From the NCBI GenBank assembly GCA_950097015.1, contig CATNEN010000026.1:310001-374000 (forward strand): a stretch of DNA of 64,000 bases, given 5' to 3'. Below the pieces are notes generated by a model. That model was not told where the DNA came from. It did not search any database and worked only from the letters and a program-made list of their open reading frames with translations. Below, piece by piece: positions 50,801 to 62,960 of the stretch (position 1 is its first letter; each line of letters begins with the position of its first letter). The position numbers were made by a program, and so were the translations under genes. This stretch comes from Macrostomum hystrix. Lineage: Eukaryota > Animalia > Platyhelminthes.

Positions 50801-53800
50801 ATTTTTGGAAGCCAACAAGACCATCATTTGTGAGTTTTAAAAGTGCGTGGGCGGTCACCGGGTAGTTTTAGGACCTTGACGTTTATTTCAATGCGGAACT
50901 GGGAGAGTGACATTTTGTTATTTCAATGCGGAACTGGGAGAGTGACATTTTGTTATTTCAATGCGGAACTGGGAGAGTGACATTTTGTTATTTCAATGTG
51001 GAACTGGGAGAGTGACATTTTGTTATTTCAATGTGGAACTGGGAGAGTGACATTTTGTTATTTCAATGCGGAACTGGGAGAGTGACATTTTGTTATTTCA
51101 ATGCGGAAACTGGGAGAGTGACATTTTGTTATTTCAATGCGGGAGAGTGACATTTTGTTATTTCAATGCGGGAGAGTGACATTTTGTTATTTCAATGTGG
51201 AACTGGGAGAGTGACATTTTGTTATTTCAATGTGGAACTGGGAGAGTGACATTTTGTTATTTCAATGTGGAACTGGGAGAGTGACATTTTGTTAGCTCGT
51301 ATTTCAATGTGGAACTGGGAGAGTGACATTTTGTTATTTCAATGCGGGAGAGTGACATTTTGTTATTTCAATGTGGAACTGGGAGAGTGACATTTTGTTA
51401 TTTCAATGCGGAACTGGGAGAGTGACATTTTGTTATTTCAATGCGGAAACTGGGAGAGTGACATTTTGTTATTTCAATGCGGAACTGGGAGAGTGACATT
51501 TTGTTATTTCAATGCGGAACTGGGAGAGTGACATTAGAGTCCAGCACACTTACCCGAAGGAAAATCTCGGCTCGTTCTGTCCTAGTAACATCAGATGAGC
51601 TGCTGCTGCGACTGGCTCTGGTGTTTGTGAATGGTGAAATCATGATGCTTTCGATAATTAAGAACTGCATGACTCAGAAGGGTAATCATTAGCTTACCCA
51701 TTGATGGACTGAACGCTGCTGTCATTTCCGGCTGAAATAGAATTAATTAGTATATTGCGTTGAATAAACACAGTTCATGTTCACATATTTTTTAGTAAAA
51801 TTCATTTTTAAGTGATATTATTTATAAAAATCTGCGATTCAGGTAAAATTTCACGTGCCAGGAAAATTTAATACGCGCAGCTGTTTGACACGTTTTAACG
51901 ATTATAATTTTACTTTCTTGGTTGCAGTTTTAAATTTTTACTATGGAAAATGCGAAAAAAAACTAAAAACACACTGAATGACTGGGGTCATAGCCTACAC
52001 ACTGAATGACTGGGGTCATAGCCTACACACTGAATGACTGGGGTCATAGCCTACACACTGAATGACTGGGGTCATAGCCTACACACTAAATGACTGGGGT
52101 CATAGCCTACACACTGAATGACTGGGGTCATAGCCTACACACTGAATGACTGGGGTCATAGCCTACACACTGAATGACTGGGGTCATAGCCTACACACTG
52201 AATGACTGGGGTCATTGACAACACACTGAATGACTGGGGTCATAGCCTACACACTGAATGACTGGGGTCATAGCCTACACACTGAATGACTGGGGTCATA
52301 GCCTACACACTGAATGACTGGGGTCATAGCCTACACACTGAATGACTGGGGTCATTGACAACACACTGAATGACTGGGGTCATTGACAACACACTGAATG
52401 ACTGGGGTCATAGCCTACACACTGAATGACTGGGGTCATAGCCTACACACTGAATGACTGGGGTCATTGACAACACACTGAATGACTGGGTCATAGCCTA
52501 CACACTAGGGATTATCGGCTAGCACAATGCCGCGATTTGACCTTGAGCTCAGCTCACCATCAGCTGCCGAGTCTGTGTCCGCATACTCCAGCCTACTAAT
52601 GGGCTGAGTAGATTGGCTGTGGTCACTCTCCTTCCCTCGCTGACTATTGCTGTGAGCTCCAACGCAGCCCAATGCCAGGTTAGCCAGGGCTTTCTTCATT
52701 GCGCTGCTCTTGTGCCGGACTGCGCGTTCTGCCTTGACGACCGACTGCTTTACTGAAGTCTTTGTTTATCTTTAATAGCAAATTATTAGCTAAGTTGGAT
52801 TAATTTTGCAGCTAAAGTGAGCCGATTGCTTAACTTGGCTGCTGCACAGTTTCAAATGCTGTGTAGCATTGTGTATCGAGTGTGCGTGCAAGGCTGGCTA
52901 AAGCCTTGCATTTTATACGTAGAATGGCTTTCAAAAGCAGAAAATGAAATGTCTATCTTTTCTTTCAGGCTGAACCCTCCCTCCTCCACTGAGTTTTGGC
53001 TACTTTTTCGTGCCGTCCTCCAGCGGAGAAGACCGTGGGGAGGTCTGGAAAAGTTTCTCATGAATGTACATTCAGCTGTGTACAATCCTGGGTTCTGAGG
53101 CTGCACGCTGCCAAAACCTGATAATGGTTGGGGTAGGGTGCCGGGCACAGGCAGACAAACACCCCACCCACCCCACGCCACGCCGCCACAGGCCGCACAG
53201 GCTAGCAGACGCATTGCACAATTTCGGAAGTGCCTTACACAGATATCTGCAGCTGGTCTTCAGTCAGGGCGAGTACTTCAATGCTTACGAATACTAACAA
53301 GAGTAATAATTGCTGCTTCTGTTCTATCGTCTCTTCTGTCTTTTCCTTTTCAGATGTTGCACCCCCACTGCACTCCACTGTACGCTGTAACGCAAAAGCG
53401 AGACTGACTGGACACACACACACACACACACGGATAGGCAGTAGGTTAGTCAAATAAAAAAATACGTCATGTCATAGTGACGGCATGCAAAGACTGCAAA
53501 GTTGACTTAATTCTAGTCAGCAATAAATGATTCGGTTCATTGTTTAAACAATTCTCAATACTTGACTAGCATGATCTGACCAGAATATAAGAGTTTTTCG
53601 TATACGCAATGCTGTGCAAAGTCATACGCATGCTTTGTAAAGTGCTTTAGCCGAACAAGTGTGTCCAACTACTATATTAATAGCTATACTTCCCTTAATA
53701 TATGAAAGCAATTTTATCTCGAAAGTAATTGTTTACACCATGCTACTTACAGTAGACTATTGAAACTGGCATGAGACGGCTAATATTGCGTCGTCGATCT

Positions 53801-56723
53801 TGCACAAGAAGACCATTGAACTGGTAGAAGTTTACAGATGCTAAAATAGGTGACCTTTTCTTTTATTGCTACTTTTATTAGACTATTCAACTTAGATTTT
53901 TTATGCTGGACTGAACACAATCAAATTTGGAAATAATAGTTGTAACTTAAATAATAATTAATAATTAATAATTGATTACACCTGCCCCAATTGGGTCAGA
54001 TGTGCAGCCGACAGCACAGCCGCAGCTAATGCGCGGCGCATCTGAAGGCTGCGTACAGCTGTTCAGTCCACGGACTGGGGGGACGCCACACCCACCTTCA
54101 ATTATCCCAGCTGATGCTGGTACCCATTTAACAGCTGGGTGAACTGAAGCAATGCAGAGTTAAATGTCTTGCTAAAGGACGCAAATTGTTCCAGTGGAGT
54201 CGGGAATCGAACCCCCGACCTTCAAGTCGTGAGTCCGACGCCCTAACCACTAGGCTACAACCTCTGTAACTTAAAATTAGACCCTATAAATAGCCTGCTG
54301 CTGTCCCACACATTTCTCAAAGAAAACCCATGCTCCTAACTGTTTGTCAGTGTAGTGGCTGAGAATGCAGAAACATAACTACAGAAATCGCTTCCTTTTG
54401 AAGATATCCGATTCTTTGTTCGAATAATTGAAGGAATTGAAAGCAATATACTGTCTTTAATAATTCCTTTGGCAGAAATCTTGAAAATTTAAGATCTTTA
54501 AAAAGAGCTTTTGAAACGTGAGACAAATCTATTGACAGGAAAATGTCTGACAAATCTCATTGGGAAGGATAAATCTAAGTTAACATCAAAATCTAAATCA
54601 AGATATTAAAGTCATGGCTCAGATGTAGAAATATACTAGACTGTGTTAAAACCACCTCAACCTCCACCTCCATCTCCACCTCCACCTGCACCTCCACCTC
54701 CACCTCCACCTCCACCTCCACCTCCATCTCCATCTCGACCTCCATATCCACCTCCACCTCCACCTCCACCTCCATATCCACCTCCACCTCCACCTCCACC
54801 TCCACCTCCACCTCCACCTCCACCTCCATATCCACCTCCACCTCCACCTCCACCTCCATCTCCACCTCCACGTCCATCTCGTCCATGGAGGTGGATTCCT
54901 TTATCTCTTTCTCAATCCCAATCTCTAAACAGTGCATCAATTCTGGTCTCTCTAATCCCTCACCGAATCAAAGTCACAATTCTGGGGCAGATGTAGGCGG
55001 TAGCTAAATACGTATTTTTCCTCCATCTAAACGCATAGAGGCTGTTCTGTTCTCGAAGCCCTGCCCAACAGTCTGCTACATGAGCGCATTCAATCCAAGA
55101 AGACAAGCTGTGTCAGAAACTGAAAACAGATGGCGACAAACTGGTTTTTTAGAACGAGGCGAAGGAGTTGAAAGCAATTAAAAAATCAGCAGCGATTGCT
55201 AATTAAAATCACACATAAAAAACACCTTGGGTTTCGGGTTTCGCTTAACAATACGAATTGTGAGCTCGCAGCCAGTAACATGTTGGATTTCTGAGTTTGC
55301 TAGCTGCTCAAAAACTGCACGCTGGAGCGGGACAAGACTGAGTCAAGATGCCATTCCGCTTTTTAATTGATGCTTAATAGACTGCCAGATTTTTAACCAT
55401 AATTAGCTCACCTTTTGAGACCTGAGGACTCACCGGGTCGCACGGTTTCCAAACGTTTTCAAACAATAGCTAATCTCTACCTGACGCAATACAGAAACTT
55501 GTAATAAAGGCCAAGATGAGGCTCACCAACTAGAGCTGGAGCTGAGACGCAGTCGATTTGTCGTCGGCTTTTGTGGTCGATCACCACGGGGAATGGACGC
55601 AGCTGTGTCTGGTCAGCCGGCGATGATCGCCTTCGCCTAAGAAGGACCTCCTGCGGCTGCTGAGGCTGCAGACTTTGCGACTTCTCTACCTGGGGATGCT
55701 GGGGCTGCTGTTGCTGAGTTAAATTTTGGCCGTCAGTCCACGATGCTGTTGATTCTGTCGGCTGTGAATCGCTGCAATGTGTTGATGTGCATTGTCCAAA
55801 ATGTCTATGGTAATGATATACCTTGACGTTTTGATTGTCAGGCAGTGTACACACCCCTTTGTACTCGTAGGTCGGCCCTTATTATATGCTTATTGCACAA
55901 GGCGAATGACGCTGCACAAAATTAATGTAGCTACGACTCAGAAGCCTCAATTGAAAAGCTTGTTGAGGAAGCAGCGACAGTGATAGGAATATGAGATCTG
56001 ACCTGTGGACTGAGTCTATGTTCTACCTTTGTTCTAGTAAAACAGAACTATAGAACAGAACAGAACAGAACAATAGTGTGCAGTAAAACAGAACAACTTA
56101 CCTGAAAACCTCGCCCCTTATCGTGTGAAGTTCTGAACTGGCACCTTTCTCAACCCAGAAGTCACGGATCCGCTTGTACTTTTCTGCAGTTGGTGTATCA
56201 AATCAAATATATGATTTGACAGTGAATCAGTTTTCCTTTCATAAATCAGTGATACAGTGGTAGTTAAATCAAACCTTATCAATTTCTGAATCTTACGAGT
56301 ACTATTTATCGATCTATCTAAATTACTGCGTTTAAATTCTGTCTATGTTTAGAATATCCAATATTCGCTTTGCCAACGCATGTAAGAACTACATTAAGTA
56401 TTAATACACGGCCTATATGGGCATTTTTATGCATAGACAAGTCATTGAGCTTGTTGAGACTTGAAAGATTGGGTTGAGTTGTGCAGGTGTGAAACTTCTT
56501 GGTCACCTACCGTGAGTATACTCAGCCTCCTCCTCAGACGCAGCTTCGCTACTCCGTTCAATCTGAGCTGCGCCTGGCATGATGGACTCAAATCTTCGTC
56601 TCAAGCTATCCCGTGCGTGCACTCTCGGAGGTAGATCAGACCAGACTATCGAGAAATTTACAGCCTGTTTGTGCGAGGCAAAATGCCAACTGATGTCGAT
56701 GGCTGTGTCGCGAAATTGGCGCT
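45423..56723 (-). CDS. Ephexin-family RhoGEF (DH-PH-SH3; NGEF/ARHGEF16/26-like), 5' end unresolved
   Basis: 14 phase-consistent exons: 56723-56511, 56183-56102, 55804-55527, 52752-52558, 51731-51698, 51617-51554, 50764-50680, 50526-50285, 49825-49650, 49577-49139, 48392-48226, 47934-47700, 47518-47311, 45580-45423. Ephexin signature TLWRNMQEVEASGLL..EIKLQEAQFEVLTTEATYYKSL; DH LQSYLEMPMKR; SH3 QKDDLELREGEIV...GWLLG...GWFPASHVREI. Confidence 0.9.
45871..46237. repeat. 32-bp minisatellite, ~11 copies, last RhoGEF intron
   Basis: Unit AATCTAGGGAGTGACCAGGTAATGTATCGGTC. Confidence 0.95.
46992..47194. mobile_element. MITE-like fold-back element with ~55-bp imperfect inverted arms
   Basis: Left arm CAAGGACCACTAG..GGACACTTCGTTTCTTGGAAAATTTATTTAGGTCTG; the reverse complement of 47131-47194 repeats it. 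Confidence 0.6.
47948..48075 (+). mobile_element. SINE family A 3' fragment
   Basis: gatgagaaagtcagagcagatgtacacacctg...gggcagaattgcctcctcactggctgcaggtctagtgtcacc. Confidence 0.78.
48439..49048. repeat. Bipartite minisatellite: ~9 x 27-bp then ~12 x 29-bp units sharing a palindromic core
   Basis: Units AAAGACCACGCGCCATTTCCCCTGGGG and AAAGACCACAGCAGTTATTTCCCCTGGGG. Confidence 0.96.
49897..50242 (-). mobile_element. SINE family A, full length, 13-bp TSD
   Basis: Head GGGGCCAGTGGCAGAGTGGTTAACGCG...AGCTCGATTCC; (ATT)n tail; TCCTTATAGGCCT at 49884-49896 and 50243-50255. Confidence 0.9.
50883..51535. repeat. 35-bp minisatellite, ~19 copies, with shorter deletion variants
   Basis: Unit TTATTTCAATGCGGAACTGGGAGAGTGACATTTTG. 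Confidence 0.96.
51969..52506. repeat. 28-bp minisatellite, ~19 copies
   Basis: Unit CACACTGAATGACTGGGGTCATAGCCTA, with a ..GTCATTGACAA variant. Confidence 0.96.
53952..54264 (-). mobile_element. SINE family B (tRNA-derived CORE-SINE), full length, 11-bp TSD
   Basis: Head GAGGTTGTAGCCTAGTGGTTAGGGCG...GGTTCGATTCCC; CORE-like block GCGTCCTTTAGCAAGACATTTAACTCTGCATTGCTTCAGTTCACCCAGCTGTTAAATGGG; (ATT)n tail; TGTAACTTAAA at 53941-53951 and 54265-54275. Confidence 0.92.
54652..54885. repeat. (CCACCT)n degenerate hexamer microsatellite
   Basis: Direct reading of the sequence; intronic in the RhoGEF. Confidence 0.95.
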
Positions 56724-57204
56724 CTAAATTGCTGGGAGCAATTCATGGGAGATAATGGAGATTCACACGTCTTTTAGAATGTACTGAGACGCTATTTCGC
56801 AATGGACACTCACCCGAAGCACTGTAGATTTAGATTTTCGAAAAATAACTTCAAATCCAAACCAGCAGAACCAGTGTTTTTTTTCTTAATAGCCACAACT
56901 TAAGTTAAAGCGTTACTCCGATAAGCGGCAGGGCTTTAGTCGCTAACTTATACATTCGACACTGGTCTAATAGGGCAGAGAAAATGCACAGAAATTACAT
57001 GCACCAGGTAACAGTGTTGACAGGTTCAGTGAGACATATAACTAGAGAGAGACAAAGTCTATTGCATGGCCTGTTTACTTTTAGATCGAACCAATCCTGT
57101 AATCTCAAATGTCATGCGCACATACTACAGGGCCCCCCAAGGATTATGTCCAGAAAATTTTCTGCTACAAACAAGCACTACTTACGCAGAAATACTGAAA
57201 TTGC

Positions 57205-57295
57205 ACGTCAAGCCCCAGATGATTGTGGTCTGGCCGCGGAATCGAGCTCCGGGATGGTAAGGTATGAGAAGCGTCAACCGCTTTTCCACTCCTGA
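57205..57295 (-). mobile_element. Degenerate SINE family A head fragment
   Basis: ttgcacgtcaagcc...ggccgcggaatcgagctc matches the head region of 49897-50242. Confidence 0.5.
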
Positions 57296-60174
57296 GTTAT
57301 GGGTTATACCTTACTAACCTTTGCTAAATTCGATTACACTTATTAATTCCTATCTCATATTGGTTGCACATTCAATTAAAAACCATTAACTTGCATCTTT
57401 AGGCTATTTTGTAATATTAGGAGCTGACATTTGTATGAACATGCGGCTCTAGACTGTTTAACTGAACAGAAATATGTTTCTAGAAAAGTGCTCTTACTTT
57501 ACTAAGAATCGATAGAGCTAGCCAACCTATGGCAATATACTCGAGCTTGCCTATCTTTACCTGATCCCGCTCAGTCTCATTTGAATCCTGTCAATTTCCA
57601 TAGAGCAATAAATCATATGCGATTCTACAACAGGGAATCATGAATATGATATAATTGCACCATCGAATATATTAAATTGTCTGAAAGAAAACACATTAAT
57701 CAAGCACATATTGTGTTTTTCGAGTCCAAAATAGTTATCGTTTTATTCCGAATGCAGGATTGGCCAAAACTTGCGCTAAATTGTACAGGTTTGATTTTGT
57801 CTATGGTATTCTTGCTAATGTGCAATCACGAGGCGTGCAGAATTGATTATGTCTATGGAAAAAATTAAATTAGTCAAAGAAGAATGCGATTCTTCATGTG
57901 ATATTCCATTTGCATTCCATAATCCACGGCGTTCGGCAATACGTCAGTTGCACACGCAAAATGTCTATGGCCCAAAGCCATTTTGCCGCTCGCTTTTATA
58001 CTTTATGGGGGGAAACACACATTTTTTGGCAGCGCTCGAATGCTAAGAGCATTAGGTCGTGACTTGTTGGTTGACAGACTAGGCGATGGTGTCCTGCGGT
58101 TGAGCTGCATCTACTCGTAATATTTAGGCTTGATCAAAGAAATTGGAGAAATTCGCGTCAGGGTGTCCGTAGTGGCCTAGTTCCATCTGTTGTAGCCCTT
58201 GAAGGTCCAGCAGTCCGTCTAGATAAAGGTAGGTGACCACAGAAGACGGAGATGATGCAGGCACATTCGGGTAACATGCTGATAAATTTTTAAGGCCTGG
58301 CAATGTCACACTGAGGCGCAGTGCTAATTCGTGTATAGGGGTGTATACAATACACTTGCGCTTATGGGAAAATCCGACCTTCGGCCAGAACCATTGAATA
58401 TCTCGATGGTCTGAAGAGCTGGCGACTTGATTCTTGTTTCAGAAGATGCGCAACAAAAAGTTGGCCCGTGTTCTTGAGTTTTGTGTGCTTGCGTTGCTAC
58501 GTTCGGGTGCAGTAAAACCCCCCTTGGTTTTTGTTAATTGTTAATTGCTGTTAATTGCAATGTGAAAGGGCCTCTAATTGTAACATTTTATTTTACGCTC
58601 GTAAGTACACCAAATTTTCATAGGTGTAGGAAGAGAAAACTGGCTCCATGACAAAAGGCAGCATCAGAAAAAGTTTTCAATAGTGAGACGAGTAGCCAGA
58701 TGAGGGGAGGCACCGCGCGGAAGCTGCTGCTACAAGAAGAGGCGGGCAGGGCGTGCGGGAAGAACGTAAGACCGGCGGAGCGTGTCATCCAGAAATCTAT
58801 TCGGCTCCTGTCCAGTCGTCGGCCCCATCCCTTGCAGATTGAAAATAATAGAGGGGGAGCGACTGGGAGAGCAGCAGCAGTGTAAGGAGCCTAGGACAGG
58901 CAGTGAGGCATATACCAACCGATCAATCAAGTAGAATTATCGATTCCCAGCGAATGCACTAATTACCAGGTACGCGATGCACTGCGGCAGAGTTTATGGC
59001 GGAAGAAATCTCTGTTTCTATTTATTTTCGCTCTCGCTGTCTTTTTCGACCAGTTTCCTGTTATTATCCCTTTTGCGGCAGCAGGGGTGGGGGTGGCTGC
59101 GGAGTCGACAGCGTCGCGTCTTTGAAGCGAGGAAGCGCGCGTGGGGGTGGAGAGACAAAAAAGACAAATGAAGCAGCAAAATATTGGCTTTCATCTCAAC
59201 AAATTTGGCAATCGGTCGGATAATCCGCCAGTGGCCAGAGGCAGAGAGAGGAAGCAGGAAGGACTGTGAGAGAGAAAAAAAGCGATTAGATATGAGGACG
59301 GCCAAGGGGGATAATGGCCGCGCACTTTGGCCAATAGCATACTCAGCTCCCCACGCAGAGTGACGGACGGTGTACTGCGAGTCGTTGAGAACTGCGCCTC
59401 AGATTAGGCTTCCGCAATAGACGAGTGTAGACGGGAGGCTGGGCCAAAGAGTGACTCAGCGGGCAAGAACTGCTGGCAATTCTGTTTCTTCTTTGACTCG
59501 GCTGTCGGCACTTTCCAGAGGCCTCGGTGGTCCGGCTGAGAGGGGATTGAGGGTGGAAGTGGTGGTTCCTTGGAATGAATTCAAATAACGGCAGCTAGAA
59601 ATGAATGCTGTCGGAGCGGAAATTAAGCAGCCAGCTGCCCAGATAATCCTTCTCCTCCCTCCAACCTCTCGTCCTCGCGTCCTCACGATTTCACTCCCGG
59701 CAGCAGCACAGCTGCTCAGCAGCCTTCGGAAGAGGTAAGGTGGAGAGAAGGTGGGCTGCCTAGCATGGGAGAGGGACTTTCCCTTCTCACCACACGCCCG
59801 TCCCACCTCCACCTATTCAAATCCCCATTCTGCATCCCCAATCGGAGTTTGCAGGCGCTCAAACTCCCCCTCCTACCACCTCTCCTTTGATGAAATCGGG
59901 GTCTCCTTCAGTACGCAGCCAATTGGCTCTTCGCGGCATCGCGAACCAACTGGGCAGTACGCGCACGGACTCACGCAGATGCCAGGCATTGTCATACAAA
60001 CTAAAATACAAGCTCCGAATGCACTGCTCTGTCTTGGCTGATCGCTCAAGAGAGACACAACTAGGACTTATAGAGCAGCAGTAAGAGTGCAATTAGCAGG
60101 AAAGTAGTTTCCTCACCAGATCATCCGGCGTGGTCCTTCCCAGGCCAGTCGCCAGCAACTATTAAGCCACCGAC

Positions 60175-61327
60175 ATGGCGGGGTCACTCTCGCCGTCGGC
60201 TTCCCTGCTGTGGTGGCGCGGAGACAATCAGACAGTAGAGAACAGCAGCAGCAACCAGAAGCCGCGCAGTCGCGTTACTGATGGTCTCGGTAGTAGCAAT
60301 GAGCTCAACGACATTGCACGCACCGGAGCTGGCCGCAACCGAGACCCAGTGTTCTGCTGCTGCGGGCCCGGCCGGAAGCGCTACCTGATCGCTCTGCTCT
60401 GCTCACTTGGCCTCACAGTTGTCATAGGCATGCGTGCGGAGATGGTGGCCATCATGGACTACCTGAACCGTAAGGCGAACCTCAATGCGACAGCAGCAGC
60501 GGCAGCCGCAGCCGCAGCTCGCTCTGGCGGCTCTGGTGGAATTTTTCAGCCGAACGCCCACCGCCAGATGCCCTGGCAAAATACGGCCAACGACCTCATA
60601 GAAAATTCCGTGTTTATCGGTTACTTGGTGGCCAGCCCGGTCGGCGGCTACCTGACGGTGCATCACGACAGCTCCCTCCTGTTGGGCTGCTCCGTGGCGC
60701 TCACCTGTGGCCTAAATCTGTTCCTGCCACTGGTGACACAGATAGCGGCTGACATCTCGGCCTCAATCGCCGTCATCGTGGTGCTTCGACTGTTGCAGGG
60801 CCTGGCTGAAGGCTGCCTTATTCCTGCCGTATTCGGCGTGATGCGCTTCTGGGGTCCGGAAGGCGAGCGCTCCTCGCTGTTGTGCTTCGCTGTCATCGGA
60901 GTTTCCTTGGGCCCACTGATCGGCCTGCCCGTCTGCCAAGAAATCGAGAATCACTGGGGCTGGGCGGTGGTGTTCTACATCTACGCAAACATCGGACTGA
61001 TCTGGTGCATCTTCTGGTGGCGTCTGATCGACGAGAAGCCGCTGAAGGACAAGAATCTGGGCAAGCAGGAGCGGCAGTACCTGGAGACCAATATCACCAA
61101 GAAGGTGCTCTATGCCCACCGCCGGCTGCGAGTGCCCTGGAAGGAGATCTTCAAGTCGCGCCAAGTGTACGCCATATTCTTCACATACGCGGCGGACGAC
61201 TGGACCTTCCAGATCAGCTCTGTGTGCATGCAGAGCTACTACCATCAGATGTACAAGACCAACGTCGGTCACACCATCTTCCTGCTGTCCTTTCCATTTC
61301 TTGCCAGGTCGCTATTCGTTCCAATAG
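60175..61327 (+). CDS. SLC17 / VGLUT-like MFS transporter, first coding exon (TM1-TM8); downstream exons not seen in the window
   Basis: ATG at 60175 in good context, preceded by an in-frame stop and an acceptor at 60119. Colinear with VGLUT: KRYLIA..LG....GMR, SVFIGYLV...GGY, RLLQGLAEG, WGPEGERSSL, GWAVVFYIY, ERQYLE, VPWKEIF, WTF, VPIG. Donor GTGAGG at 61328. Confidence 0.88.
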
Positions 61328-62594
61328 GTGAGGTTTATTTGTGCACTCATTCCTTCGTTTCCACACACTGACGTCCTGATTTTACCTGAACCTGCCCAGG
61401 TAAATACATATAAAGTGGCGCTGGTGGAAAAAGCTACAGCAGGTCATGTGACAGGCAGTACGAGGAGTCTGGCCCGGCAAACCCAAACAACTGACTGGTC
61501 CATTGTGTCGCTGCTTTGTTGACAGTCGGGCCCAAAAGGGCAGACAAAGTTGATGAAAATAATGAGGAGATAGAAGTTGAATGATCTCACCGCTCTCCAG
61601 CCCTTCTATCTCTTAGACCACTGAGCCACATTTGTTCTCCTCGTGAGGAGAACTCGCCCTCTCTCACCTCTCGGAAATTTGGTCGCACGGTAAAAGCAGC
61701 CAGAAGGGCAACCCGCCAACCCCTGGTTGTTGAGTCGTGGACTCCGCTCCCACTTAAAGGGCCGCTAAGTATATAAGAACCGCCTCGTTGTACTCCGCCG
61801 GTTCCACTTCCAGAAGCCACTGCACATATGCTACCTTTTCATCCTGTCTTCTCTCTCAGACTCCATCGACGCCCCTCCCCCCGCTTGCTCATCCTTGGCC
61901 TCGCTTGTCTCCCCCTCATTGCCAACTGTTTTCCCTCGTCATATCCCGCCCACAGTGCCAACACTGACTTTGTATTTGCGGCCCGTTTTGCCAGCAGTGT
62001 ATAGCTCCGCCATATAGACACAATTTGGTCAACAGAAATCCTCTGGCATTCGCTTTTTATTTTCTCAGTCCAATTTTTATCTAGTCTTTTTCTTTACCCA
62101 TCCACCGTTTCATTAGGCTTTCAGTGCGCTCTCGCACTGCCCTGAGCGTGGCTGTGTACTTTTCATCAATCCGAGGAAGCTTAAAGAGGGATTTGAGAGG
62201 CGCCGCTCATTCTTTGTTTTAAAACTGTGCGCATTACAGCTTACCATTCTAGGGAGAAGAAAAATATCTAGAAAAACAGCGAATCAACAGGAAAACACAC
62301 ACGGAAGCGAGTCCGTGATTATATTCTGCTTTGCTCTGCTCTCTGACTTAGCTTAAAATAAGCCAACGGGGCCTCTGACGATGGGAGTACTGGGGAATAT
62401 GTAAAACAGCCTGCACTGATTGCAGCTGCTGTGCTGCATTCCGTTACTTTCTTTCTAGTTACTCGTCATGTTCCAGCTCACTCTCTCGGCATCACTTTCT
62501 TGTTCCTTAAACCATTTATGAGTTTTCCAATCATGTTCCTATGCCTTCTCATTCTCTTTTACCTCAATATTTATTTTCTCACCTTTCTCCTCTC

Positions 62595-62960
62595 CTTGTC
62601 TATCATCTCTCCTTTCCTTGTCTATCATCTCTGTCCTCTCCTTGTCTATCATCTCTCCTCTACTTGTCTATCATCTCTCCTCTCCTTGTCTATCATCTCT
62701 CCTCTCCTTGTCTATCATCTCTCCTCTCCTTGTCTATCATCTCTCCTCTACTTGTCTATCATCTCTCCTCTCCTTGTCTATCATCTCTCCTCTACTTGTC
62801 TATCATCTCTCCTCTACTTGTCTATCATCTCTCCTCTACTTGTCTATCATCTCTCCTCTACTTGTCTATCATCTCTCCTCTACTTGTCTATCATCTCTCC
62901 TCTACTTGTCTATCATCTCTCCTCTACTTGTCTATCATCTCTCCTCTACTTGTCTATCTA
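62595..62960. repeat. 22-bp pyrimidine-rich minisatellite, ~16 copies
   Basis: Unit CTTGTCTATCATCTCTCCTCTA. Confidence 0.95.

Noticed and set aside
54190-54264. tRNA gene (Val-CAC-like anticodon loop)
   Set aside because: The acceptor stem does not pair, and the sequence continues into a repeated SINE body with tail and TSD. The heads at 20220-20285, 41849-41915 and 50170-50242 are rejected likewise.
54593-54996. Extensin-like poly-Pro or poly-EV ORFs
   Set aside because: (CCACCT)n microsatellite with no usable splice context; the RhoGEF phases close without it.
57561-58309. Upstream RhoGEF exons (27-nt candidate 57587-57561; ORF 58124-58309)
   Set aside because: The phases do not join the phase-1 acceptor at 56723, and there is no homology support.
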